DNA from: Podarcis bocagei
Taxonomy: Eukaryota
Strand: one strand, 5' to 3'
Assembly (NCBI GenBank): GCA_964188305.1
Contig: OZ076887.1
DNA: 64,000 bases
Within the stretch, counting starts at the first letter, position 1. Each line of letters opens with the position of its first letter. Shown here one piece after another: positions 52,984 through 64,000 of this stretch. The notes beneath the pieces were generated by a model. The model did not search any database. It was not told where the DNA came from and saw only the letters and a program-made list of their open reading frames with translations. Position numbers and translations under genes: made by a program.

Positions 52984-54265
52984 TAGTGCCACGTTCTGCA
53001 TATATACTTTTTGCTTGTGAGTCCTTAAAAAAAAAACCAGTTGGCATTTAATGGTATAATGTTTCTGTGTGGTATATGGATATGTTTGGAGGGGGGGAAG
53101 AGTTCCATAGTTACTGGCTAGTGATAAGCAACATCACTCTTGATGAATGAATACTGTATCTGTTGGGGTGCCAAGCCTAGGCCATTGAAGACTTTATACG
53201 TAAAAAGTGGCTCAGGTAGCTTTAGAATGCAGCTACAAGCACCGTGATATTGTTATAATGTGCTTTCAGTGATTCATTCCTGGGAAGAAATGGACTGTCA
53301 CATTTTGTAGCAGTAGTGGAAATACCAGGTTCTGCATGGTGCAATGGCATCATACCCTCCAACATGTTGCAGCCCAAAACTGGGCCACACATGTTCTGGG
53401 CTGTGCTCCCAGGTGAATCATATGACCCATACAGAGCCCAAAAACGTGTGTTGTTGGCTACCATGTTATCACGTGAGATCATGTTTTTGAGTGCTGTGCT
53501 CTTGTGTCCTGATAGTTGAGGGGTATGGAACATGTGAATTGGCTCCTAGGAAGGCATAAATGTCTGAATTAGAGAAAGAAGGTTATTGTTTTCTCAGCAA
53601 ATAAATCTGACAAACATAAAATAGATAATACAAACTTATCACAAAAACAGAAAGTTTAGAACCTGCAATCAGATAAAGCGCAGACAGTGGAGGCATTTCC
53701 ATGTGTTAACATATATGCTTCACCACATTTTTTAACGGTCTGTATGAATACCTCATAAAGCAGAATTACCCAGAATTCAGATCTAGGAAAATAGAGCTGA
53801 ACTCTGTATTATCCCCACCTTCTCCAGTATTTCACCCAGACTAATCTGTTGGTTTCAGGCTTGCTAACAATACGAACAGGCATTTGTCAATGGCAATGTG
53901 TATGTTTCAAGAGTTTTATTATTTATAATTGCAGTAACTAATTAGGAGAGGAGGGCTGAAAAAAAACAGCAGCTTTGCATGTGCAGTTTCAGGGTATATT
54001 TTCTCTTATGTCATGCCCTTTGCACCTGCATCTCACAGAGGACCACATGTACAGAAAGGAAATTGACCTAGAATCCAAATTGGAGGAAGCCATCAAATCA
54101 TATGAAAAACATTTTGGTTGGGGGCTAAGACTAGAAGATTTGAGATGACAGCATAAGAGTAGTTCTGCTTGAGGCAAATGAATTATTGGTGCAGAGAGAG
54201 AAACCCTTGTTTTGTATTATTTATTTTATTTTTGCTGGAGTTAATGGTTGTTCATTTAAGCTTTT

Positions 54266-54359
54266 TACAGTGCAAGCCTGTAAGTGCATACTCAGAAGTA
54301 AGCCCATGCTGAGTCAATTGGACTTACTCCTAGGTAAGCATGTACAGGGCTGCAGTCTT
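54266..54359. mobile_element. Palindromic Harbinger-like MITE (degenerate)
   Basis: TGCAAGCCTGTA...AGTAAGCCCA / TGGACTTACT...TACAGGGCTGCA arms. Confidence 0.45.
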
Positions 54360-56782
54360 AATGGCTTTCAAATTTGATGCCCCGGCTTTCTTTTCCTTCC
54401 AGAAAATGTCCTTGCCAAAGTGCTGAAATAATGACTTAAGAACTATTTTGTTGCTGCTGTTGCTACAACCCCAGAGGACCTTTAACTAAAATATATTCAG
54501 GCTCTCCTGTTTCTTTGTCTCTCATAAATGTATTCTTGTCAGGGGTACCCACATAGTGACTCCATAGAATGAAAAATGAGGATGGAAATGAAAATAGATT
54601 CTGCTGCTGGTCCATGTTTGCTAAAAGCAATGAGAGAGACATTTCCAGCAATGAATAAGAAAGAAGAAAGGGCAGACCAAGATATGATATTGGATGTGGC
54701 CTCTTCTGCTCCTTACTTATACCTGTCGTTATCCTGGTGCTATAAAACTGTGCAAATGGAAGTAATAAAGGGAATGATTTTTATTTTTATTTTTAAATTC
54801 TCCTTAGGCTTCTCTGCCAATCACCTTTAGAAAATAAGACATTTTCTGGGTGGGGGACAACAATTGTATGATGACCTGAACACAGGAAGTTGGAAGGACT
54901 GGAGAAGAGGATGTGATTGATTTGACCTTGGACACATTACAATGTAAAGTTGAATATGAGGCTATTACACTACTGCAGTATATTCCAGCCAATATGTATA
55001 ATAGCTGTGGCTACAATCCTAAACTTGTTTACCTGATAGTCAGTGCTTCTGAAATGCTCTCTTCTGGATAATGATTAAAAATGCAGGAGCCTTATCTCCT
55101 TTTGAATCTGGCCCCTCAAGCTCTCTGGCTTAATTTTCTCTTCCTTTTACCCTCCCCACAGATACACAGATCTTAAAGCATATTCCACATGTCAGACTAT
55201 TTCTTGTCCTGATTTTTATGCTTATGAACATGGATACTTTGGATTGTTGCCAATTAAATTTTATTCAGAGTAGACCCACATGGAGCTTTCAGGGCAAGCA
55301 AAAAGCAACAGAAAAACAAAAATATGCATATTCAAATATCTTTATAAGTAGACGTCTAGGTCCAGAGCTGACATTTTTGTTTACATAAGGGACTGCAATT
55401 CAGTGGAGGCTCATGCTGGAGGAAGTGGGGAGACCACAATGTGCTTTTTCTGATTCTCCTTTCCCTGCAAGTCCCACCAACCACAACTATTCCATAAGAC
55501 ACACACACCCTAGTCCTCTGGAGCAGGTTACTAAGGGGGCACAGAGAGCTTTGAGTGGAAAGGGGGAATCAGTAAAGACAACCACCATCTTCCTCCAGTG
55601 AGAGTATCCCATGTGCAGAGTTCAAAGAATGCATAGAAATTTTAGCTGGTATCCAACTAAGTTCTACTAAGAGCAGGCACATGGAAATGAATGAACTTAA
55701 GTTAGTTGCATCCTTCAGTGGGTCTTTTCTGTGCATGACAAACTATGGATACAACCTTTTATTAACACTATCACAGTTGTTAAAAATAATTTGCTGTAGT
55801 TTAACATACATTTTAAAATACTGATATTTCCTTTACCATTTGGAACTTAATACCAATGGTTATGGCTGCTGCCCATAGCCTGAAAGAAGGATTGGGTTGC
55901 ATTCAACTAGACCCACTGAAATAAATGGCCCTATGTTCCATATTTTCAGTTGGTCTACTCTGAGAAAGACTAACACTGAATGTAACCCATAGACATTAAG
56001 GTTAATATTTTATCCTAAGTACTGTAATCAATCAGTAAAACAATATGTTTTAATACAATTTTTCTATTGCAATTTGTTTATAATGTAGTGTATGCCCCAA
56101 GTTTTAATAAATTAAATAAATAAATGTAATAATATTTTTTAAATAAATTACAACTTTAGTATTCGATGTTTGTGTTATTCCCAAAATTTATTTCTCATAT
56201 AGGAGAAAAAACAAGAGACAGACATTTCTCACGGAGAGGGGGAATTTTTCTATTTCGTGAGTGATTCAAGCAAAGCCTTCCATTATTGCGGAAATACTTA
56301 TCCGCATTAATGTAATATCTAAAGTGGTCTTGTCACAGGCAGTCATAACAGAAATTATTTCATAAAGCAAATGAGAACCAATCAAAAACTACTCTAGAGA
56401 TAGAGAATTGGCATCTTGAAGATAATTTGAGCTTCATTTTAGCCAAGCAGGAAATCAGAACATTTGATGACCGTAATAAGAGACTTTTCATCACCTTTGC
56501 TTACTTTCTGTCACAATTAATTAATCTTTGTACATATAAGACTACATCATCTCTATTCCTGATGACACTGTGGCACAATCTACTTGCATTATGAATGCAA
56601 TGCTTGTGTGTAGAGGATCTTGACAGGGCTCAATATGGTCATGTCTTTCCCCTCATCTACCCACTCTGCATACATGAATGCATGGATTCATGGGTGAAGG
56701 CAAGGGCACCTATGATAGAAAGTTACAAACATATGATGTCTCCCTATTTCTTCCAGCCCTTCCTCTGTGTCTGGTGTAAGTT

Positions 56783-57148
56783 TATTCATTCATTCATTTT
56801 CTATAGTGCCCTTCATCCACGGATCACAGGGTGGTTTACAATACAAAACACAAAAAACACACAACATAGTAACAAACAGAAAGAATAACCCCTGTTGCCC
56901 CCCCCCCCGTTTAAAGCGCTATAGATAGCTTAGTTAGATTAGCCAAAGACCTTGGGAGAAGAGGGGTGTTTTCACCAAGCACCTAAAGACTTCTAATGAA
57001 GTCACCAGGCAAACTTTCCTGGGGAGAGCATTCCAGAAGCAGGGAGCCAGCACAGAAAAGACCCGCTCTTATGTTGCCATCTCTTGTGGAGGAGACTCAC
57101 AAAGAAGGGCCTCAGATGATGATTGCAGGGTCCAGGTCAGTTCATAAA
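56783..57148 (-). mobile_element. L2 LINE 3' fragment
   Basis: (TTCA)n tail, terminal stem-loop, reverse-complemented ORF2 motif (FSVLAPCFWNALP). Confidence 0.75.
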
Positions 57149-57689
57149 TTGCATGTAGACTCGGTGCACCTGATGTGTGAGTACCCCATCTCAAATTGCT
57201 TAATAAATAAGCCAAGCTATAGCTGCAAAAGCTGGAAATTGCCTGTCTATCTATCCCAAAGCTGCTCCCCCTACTGACCCTTCTCCCCCTTCTTGATTGT
57301 TTTTGCCTAACTGGAATGTCTTTTAACTCTAATAATGCCTCTTGTGAAGGATAGGGTGTGTGAGTATGTGTAGAAATTAGGCTAGGGTACAAAGGTAAAG
57401 TTTACATTCTTTGCTCTGCCCACTTTTGCCTGACCCTGCTCACCCCTGGCATGTAGTTCCTGGAAGGGAATGTGGCCCTTGTTCTGAAAAAAGTTACAAA
57501 CCAGTATTGAAGTTACAATGCCAGTATTGAAGTAAAATTCAGCTGCCTGTCCAGTCAGTATCTGTACATGGAATGTGGAGGGGAGCACCATCCTGCCATT
57601 CGTCCCAGGCAGCAAATTTTCATGGGACACCCTGATATTCAGCATATTTCAGAATATAGGTATGTTTTGCATTCCTGAATATTAGCTTC

Positions 57690-58134
57690 CAAGACAATAT
57701 AACACTGGTCCTGAAAGACCTACATTGGCCCCCAGTACATTTCCGAGCACAATTCAAAGTGTTGGTGCTGACCTCTAAAATCCAATGGCCTTGGAGTGTC
57801 TGAAGGTGTGCCTCCACCCCCATTGTTCAGCCTGGACACTGAGGTCCTCCTCCGAGGGTCTTCTGACAGTTCCCTCACTACGAGAAGCGAAGTTACAGGG
57901 AACCAGGCAGAGGGCCTTCTTGGTAGTGGCGCCCACCCTGTGGAACGCCCTCCCATCAGATGTCAAGGAAATAAACAACTATCTGACTTTTAGAAGACAT
58001 CTGAAGGGACCCCTGTTTAGGGAAGTTTTTAATGTTTGATGTTTTATTGTGTTTTTAATATTCTGTTGGGAGCTGCCCAGAGTGGCCGGGGAAAGCCAGC
58101 CAGATGGATTGGTTACAAATATCATCATCATCAT
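57690..58134 (+). mobile_element. L2 LINE 3' end
   Basis: Encodes ITLVLKDLHWPPVHFRAQFKVLVLT and RAFLVVAPTLWNALPSDVKEINNYLTFRRHLKGPLF; (TCA)n tail. Confidence 0.92.
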
Positions 58135-58156
58135 TTCCTATCTTGCTGGCTCATTA

Positions 58157-58191
<35 letters not shown>

Positions 58192-58372
58192 CAGACTGGG
58201 TTGCGCCAGCCACTCTGGACAGCTTCCAGCATAGTTTTCCTATACATATATGGATTGAGAAATTCAACTGAGAATGCTTCAGATGTCTCCTAAAGATTAT
58301 ATAATTACTCATAATATAATTACTCATCTCTTTGGTATCTGATGGGAGGGCATTCCACAGGGTGGGCGCCAT
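58157..58372 (-). mobile_element. L2 LINE 3' end, tail-to-tail with the previous copy; (TGA)n at 58157-58190
   Basis: Minus strand APTLWNALPSDTKEM...FRRHLK. Confidence 0.88.
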
Positions 58373-59488
58373 GAACAAAAGAACTAAACCAGCCCCAACA
58401 CAGCTACTTGTTTGAAATAAGTAAGCATTTGTTTACCCATCCTCCATCTTGACTGTGTTTCCTTCTTTCTGAGTTTGGGTTGTAGAAGGAAAGCACACAT
58501 TTTATAGCAATTTGGAGGAGCAGGGGCTGACATATCCAGTAAACAGATGGAAATGAATGGGAGAATTCAGGATAAGTGAGATTTTTATTGCCCTCTGTTT
58601 TGTATGTTTATCCTTTGTTAAAAGGTCTAATAGTAATGGACTCTTAAAGACAAGTTAAGGATTGAACTACTATTTAGAGACTCTTTAGGCACATAGCAAT
58701 TAGGAAATGGTTTTACTGCATCATTAGAGGTTTAATTCTTACAAATTTAATACCTTGTGGAAAACCACACAGAGTATTCTGTTTCCAATGTTTTCTCTTA
58801 CAAACCAGACTTTTCACTTTTATATTGTCCATTGTTACTAACCATACATGGGGGGAGGATGAATCTAAGCCATAACCATTCTGAATACCTTAAAAATAAA
58901 TTCATCAGGTATTTATGAATCTTGAAGAAGGGTTATTTTTAAAGCATGGGCCGAATTCTCATTTTTTCATGATAATAAGTAACTTGTCACGAATAATTCA
59001 AACTTCTATGAAGTGAATTGGGGGGCATTGGTTCTGCTTTACAAAGAATTGCTTTCAGCAATACATCCTTGTTTTGGCCATGGATATGTACGTGGTTACA
59101 AATGTCATTAATTTTAATTATACATAGCTTGTTATAATTTTCAGTTTCCTATTCATTTTGACTCTCACATGCCAAGCTTCTGGCTCTTTTGCTCATGTGT
59201 ACAATTCTATTTTGAAAGCATTATTTGTTACCACATAATGAAACTTTGGAAAATTATCTTTAAATGATAGGGGACATATTATTTATTTATTTATTAAAAA
59301 TGAGTGTAGGTTGAAATTTGCATGGAATTACCCTTTATCATTCACTGGCTTTAAATGCACAACATGATGAATGGGATTCAGCTAATGCATGCCATCAGTG
59401 GAAACCCGAAGCAAGTACTTCCACATGCACAATGGGGCTCCCCCCACCCTCCTTTCCTGGCCTCTGTCCCCTCAAATTTGCTCTAGGG

Positions 59489-59557
59489 CAGGGGTCCTCA
59501 AACTTTTTTAACAGGGGGCCAGTTCACTGTCCTTCAGACACTGTTGGGGGGCCGGAC
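59489..59557 (+). mobile_element. OC1/OposCharlie1-type hAT terminus
   Basis: CAGGGGTCCTCAAACTTTTTAACAGGGGGCCAGTTCACTGTCCTTCAGAC...GGGCCGGAC. Confidence 0.75.
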
Positions 59558-59932
59558 AGGAAGTTTTGGAAAGTGAACTGGCACGCTTGTGGGAGCTGGG
59601 AGCCTGCAGGAGCTGGCCGAGAGTGGCGCACACTGCCCAGTGCACCTCTTCAAGGAGCACGGAGATGGACAAGGACAAGCTGGTGCCTCACCTGCAGCTG
59701 CCACCCTGTGCGGGCATTTTCACCCCTTCATCCTTCTGCTCCCCAGAGGTGAAGGCCGCTCTCTGGGCCATTTCACCGCCGGCCTCATCGTCCTCCACCA
59801 TCATGTCGGCTGGCAATGGGAGTGTGGCGGCGGTGGCCCCGCCGAGCCCTAGCCCGGGCCAGCTGTCCTCCAGGAACTCCAGAGCAGGGAAGTCAGGAGA
59901 ACCTCTGGAACAGCATTTGATGGGGAAGAGAG

Positions 59933-60096
59933 CAGGACCACCCACCCATGAGGCCAAGTGAGGTTAGTGCCTCAGGTGGCAGGATCCACAGGGATAGTAG
60001 ATCCTGATGTAGATCTTCACTTACACCTTCTTCCCTGTGGGGAGGGGAGCATTTTGCAGTTCACCTGAGGTGCCAAAATGTCTTGGGCCAGCCTTA
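59933..60096 (+). mobile_element. hAT MITE (CAGGGCCGGCCC family), older copy
   Basis: 8-bp TSD GAAGAGAG; homologous to 60949-61162. Confidence 0.75.
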
Positions 60097-60948
60097 GAAG
60101 AGAGTTGGGGATTGTTCCATCTCACAAGCTGAAATGCTTGTCCTGAAGGAATGACTGCCTTAGTGTGATGTTGAATTCCTCCCATTGGTTTTAAATATGT
60201 GAATAAACTATTAAATCTTACCATGAACCATCACAAGCATATGGAAGTGTTGGTAGGGAGCATGAGAAATAAAGTTTAGTTCTGTCTTGGCAGTCTATAT
60301 GAAACATCCTGATCTACTAGGTGTGCTCTTTGTTGTGTTCCATGTGGAAAGCCCGCATCTTCAAACCCACAATGTCTTCTATTGGTATAAACATATCCTA
60401 CCTGTACTATAGCTTCCTGAGGCTTTGTCATCTGTATTTTTGTTAAAACTGAAAAGATAAACTGTTTTGCAACAGTATCTGATATTCAACAATCCTGAAC
60501 TAATGGGAATGACTTTAAATAGATAGCTCTCTCACATGTGTATCGTAAAAAGGAATTAAATTAAGAGGAAGATACACCAGCTGCACTTTAAATATGTATT
60601 CTTAAAGAGCAGACAAGGGAGCTTTCATCTCCTGCACAACATGCACCACCTGTGATGGGCAATAAGAGACCTCCAAGTACTATTCCTGTAAATGTGTAAA
60701 TGGTTTATTACTATCTCCACACCAATGCTTTGTGAAAGGTGTTGGGGTTTTTTAACTCATCCTCCTTTGTCACTGAACAAGTAGAATAAGATAAAAGCAA
60801 AATAAGAGGATGTAATTTTAAAGAAATATACTATATCACATTTAGCTTCAAAAATATATGCAACAGAACATGAGAAATGTTGAAATTACAAGTATGTGCT
60901 GTACAACCATGTGACATTTTTCAACTAAAGATGGTTATTTACTACCCT

Positions 60949-61162
60949 CAGGGCCGGCCCATCCATGAGGCAAGGTGAGGCGACCACCTCTGGTAGCAGG
61001 ATCGACAGGGACATCAGATCCTGATGTAGATCTTTATTTTCCCCCCCACACACACACACTTGTTGCTGATGTAGATATTCACTCATCCCTTCTTCCTTGA
61101 TGAGGAGTGGGGCACCATTCTGTGTTTTGCCTCAGGTGCCAAACCGTCTTGGGCTAGCCCTG
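60949..61162 (+). mobile_element. hAT MITE (CAGGGCCGGCCC family)
   Basis: TIRs CAGGGCCGGCCC / GGGCTAGCCCTG; perfect TSD ACTACCCT. Confidence 0.88.
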
Positions 61163-61218
61163 ACTACCCTCCAGTAATGGAGGAAGTATGTCTCTAAATA
61201 CCAGTTCCTGGGAAGCAC

Positions 61219-61547
61219 AGGGAAAGGGAAAGGACCCCTGGATGGTTCAGTCCAATTTGACTATGGGGTGCACCGCTCATCTCCACTTTCAGGCCAAGGG
61301 AGCCGGTGTTTGTCCGCAGACAACTTTTCTGGGTTATGGGGCCAGCATGACTAACAGTGCATGGAAACGCCGTTTACCTTCCTGCCACAGCAGTACCTAT
61401 TTATCTGTTCTTGCCCATATGCTTTCAAACTGCTAGATTGGCAGGAGCAACGGGAGCTCACCCTGTCACATGGATTCAAACTGCCGACCTTACAATTGGC
61501 AACCCAAGAGGTTAGGTGGCTTAGACCACAGTGCCACCCCCATCCCC
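61219..61547 (-). mobile_element. Sauria SINE, older, minus strand
   Basis: Reverse-complement homology to 18974-19331; TSD-like TGGGAAGCACA / TGGGAATCACA. Confidence 0.85.
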
Positions 61548-61911
61548 TTGGGAATCACAAAATCCCTGCAAGCAGCATAACTGGAGTATGTTGGGTGAAA
61601 TAGTCCTGGACTGGAAGACAGACTCCTCTCTCAGCAAATTCCAGCTCCCCTCCTCCCCCTCCCAAACCTGGTTCTTCCTTTATATAGTGGTGCTTTCATT
61701 TTTTCTGTCATCTTAAAAATGAGATGTATTGCTTAGCTTGCATGTTATTAAAACTCCAAATCTCTGCAAAGAGAGATTGCTTCAGGATGGAGGTCCATGC
61801 TAAGGTCCAAATTTGCCTGCATTGCTTTTGTAGTTGGGATTTGGGAGACACAGTTGCAGAGCCAAAGCAAATACTAGTACTGCAGGAAAACGTCACAAAA
61901 AATGGCCATAG

Positions 61912-62085
61912 CATCATAGAACTGTAGAGTTGAAAGGGACCCTAAGGATCATTTAGTCCAACCCCCTGTAATTCATGAATCATGGCTAGAGCATTCTTGA
62001 TAGATGGATTAAAAAACCGCCAATGAAAGAAAGTCCACCACCTTCTGAGGGAGTCCATTCTACTGTCGAGCAGCTCCTACACTCA
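61912..62085 (-). mobile_element. CR1 LINE 3' end
   Basis: CATCATAGAACTGTAGAGTTGAAAGGGACC is the reverse complement of the CR1 tail. Confidence 0.75.
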
Positions 62086-63243
62086 GCTGTGAAATAGTAA
62101 ATGCTTTAAATATATTGCTTAGGAAAACAATTTGTAAATAAATTATAAGAAATAAATTAGAAGGTTTTCCTGCCCCTAGAACACCATTCTCTGTTAACAT
62201 AAAATAACACAAATCTTTGAAGCATTTAACAGCAATGCAATTCCTATTCATTTTAATGGTTCTAAAAGCAAAGCAAAGTTCAGTTTAGGGGCAGATTTTA
62301 AAAGGCAAAATACTGGAAGTACAACTGCAAACTGTACAGAACAAGGGCTGAATGATTTGCATGAAACAATCATGGTAGCTTGTTAGCTAAAAAAAACAAA
62401 AAGGAAAGTCGCAGAAGCTTAATATAAGGTCAGGTTACTAAAGATACTGGTCCAGATATTTGTAAGCCCCTTGTGCTGTCAGGTTCGGCTGTAAAGAACT
62501 TTTTGTGAAAAGTATTCTTTTGAGGATCTGGCTAAATCAAATACCTTGAAAATAAGATTTCACTGTTCAACTTTATTTCTTTCATGCGCTAGGTTGATAA
62601 TTCTTTGCCCTTCCAGTTCCTTAGAAACAACAAATAATAGACAGCAGCAGTTCCTGCTGCCCTAAATCCCTTTGGCTGTTGATAGCATGTCTGTCTCAGG
62701 GTTTGTGCAAAGCCCTATCACTGATTGCCTGAGCTATCAAGCAGCAGCTTTCATGAGCTTAGGTTATAAATCATTTCTCTTTAGCTCTCCTAGATCTCAC
62801 TTGGTCATCGCTACTCTGTTCAGTTCAGTCTTTGTCTCCCATCCATCGTCTTTGTGTGTATTGTAAATTGTTTGGGCACATTTCTCTTATCTCTGCTTGG
62901 AAACTTGAACTTGTCCCAGCAGTCTCTTAAGTGGATACGCTAAAAAAGAATGTGTAGGTGTTACAAAAGTTGTGATGTTAACTCTTTGAAAATCTAGTTG
63001 TCAGACTAGACAACTTCAGTTCAAGTTACCTCAAGAACACAGGAATGTTGACTTTTACTCATAGTATGTTTTTATATACACAAACTTACAAGTGTGCGAA
63101 ACCACGTGCATTTTGTGGTGTGAAGCTTATGGAGATGCTAAGTTCATAATGAAAGTGTGTCTCCTGGGAGAGGGAATACAAGTTGAGTCTTCTCTCACAA
63201 CACTAGACATACACATCCTCATATACCAGCATGGATCTCAATA

Positions 63244-63553
63244 CAGTGGTGCCCCGCAAGACGAATGCCTCGCAAGACGGAAAACCCGCTAGACGAAAGG
63301 GTTTTCCGTTTTTGAGCTGCTTCGCAAGACGAATTTCCCTATGGGCTTGCTTCACAAGACGAAAATGTCTTGCGAGTGTTCCGATTTTTTTCCGCTCCCC
63401 CCTTTTTCTAAGCCGCTAAGCCGCTAATAGCCTTTTAGCCGCTAAGCCTTTAATAGCTGCTAAGCCGCTAATAGGGTTGCTTCACAAGACCAAAAAACCG
63501 CTAGACGAAGAGACTTGCGGAACGGATTATTTTCGTCTTGCGAGGCACCACTG
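63244..63553. mobile_element. Tc1/mariner (Tigger-like) MITE family B
   Basis: TA-CAGTGGTGCCCCGCAAGACGAA...TTCGTCTTGCGAGGCACCACTG-TA; internal CTAAGCCG repeats. Confidence 0.9.
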
Positions 63554-64000
63554 TATATAACAATGTGAGTAACATGAGAAGTGGCCCTAATCTAATGTGT
63601 CAGTGTTAGGAGCTGTCAGGGCTAAAATGAGGAACTCTTGGGTCTGTGTGCTGTTGTTTCATGTGGTGAGCCACTGGGATGAGTGCCCTGGGCAGTATAC
63701 AAGGTTTGTGGGCTCTGAAATTATAGCACACAAGGGCTGACCGTTGGATTTCTCTTACCATAAAGGCTTCCACCTTGGGTTGAGTTGGAACTTGCTTGGG
63801 AAAACTGACTTGTAACCCCCATTCCACCCAGTCTGTTGTTCAGCTCTGACAGTGGATGTGTACATTTCTTAAAATTTGCTGAAGTTCAAAGACACCTTCC
63901 AAATGAACAACTTTTTGCATGTGAGTGCAGAATCATCCCACACTTCCCTCTGGATACTGGCCAGAGAGCTGATATAGATGTTACAGTTGGTATGGGAACT

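Noticed and set aside
63244-63553. Regularly recurring short repeats superficially like a CRISPR array
   Set aside because: Eukaryotic MITE with TIRs and TA TSD; repeats are too short, irregular and bidirectional

Overview
Non-genic (gene-desert or deep-intronic) vertebrate DNA, almost certainly from a squamate reptile and probably a lacertid lizard. The evidence is its Sauria SINEs, a Squam3/POM-type SINE, lizard-type L1/L2/CR1 ends and many hAT and Tc1/mariner MITEs. I found no convincing host protein-coding exon, tRNA/rRNA or CRISPR array; most track ORFs are chance ORFs or repeat-derived. The standout structures are: (1) a young, TSD-flanked, 2.1-kb polyadenylated L1-dependent element with a CpG-island 5' end and a single intact ~200-aa ORF but no reverse transcriptase (HAL1-like; 11396-13530); (2) a TSD-flanked hAT element carrying a CpG-island-like cargo and a third internal terminus, nested in an older, oppositely oriented relative (36241-37861); (3) an OC1/OposCharlie-type hAT end fused to what looks like a captured first coding exon (59489-59900). 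There is also a Gypsy protease/pol remnant, a palindrome with a microsatellite loop and several nested TE stacks. Family names are from recognition of terminal motifs, not database searches.
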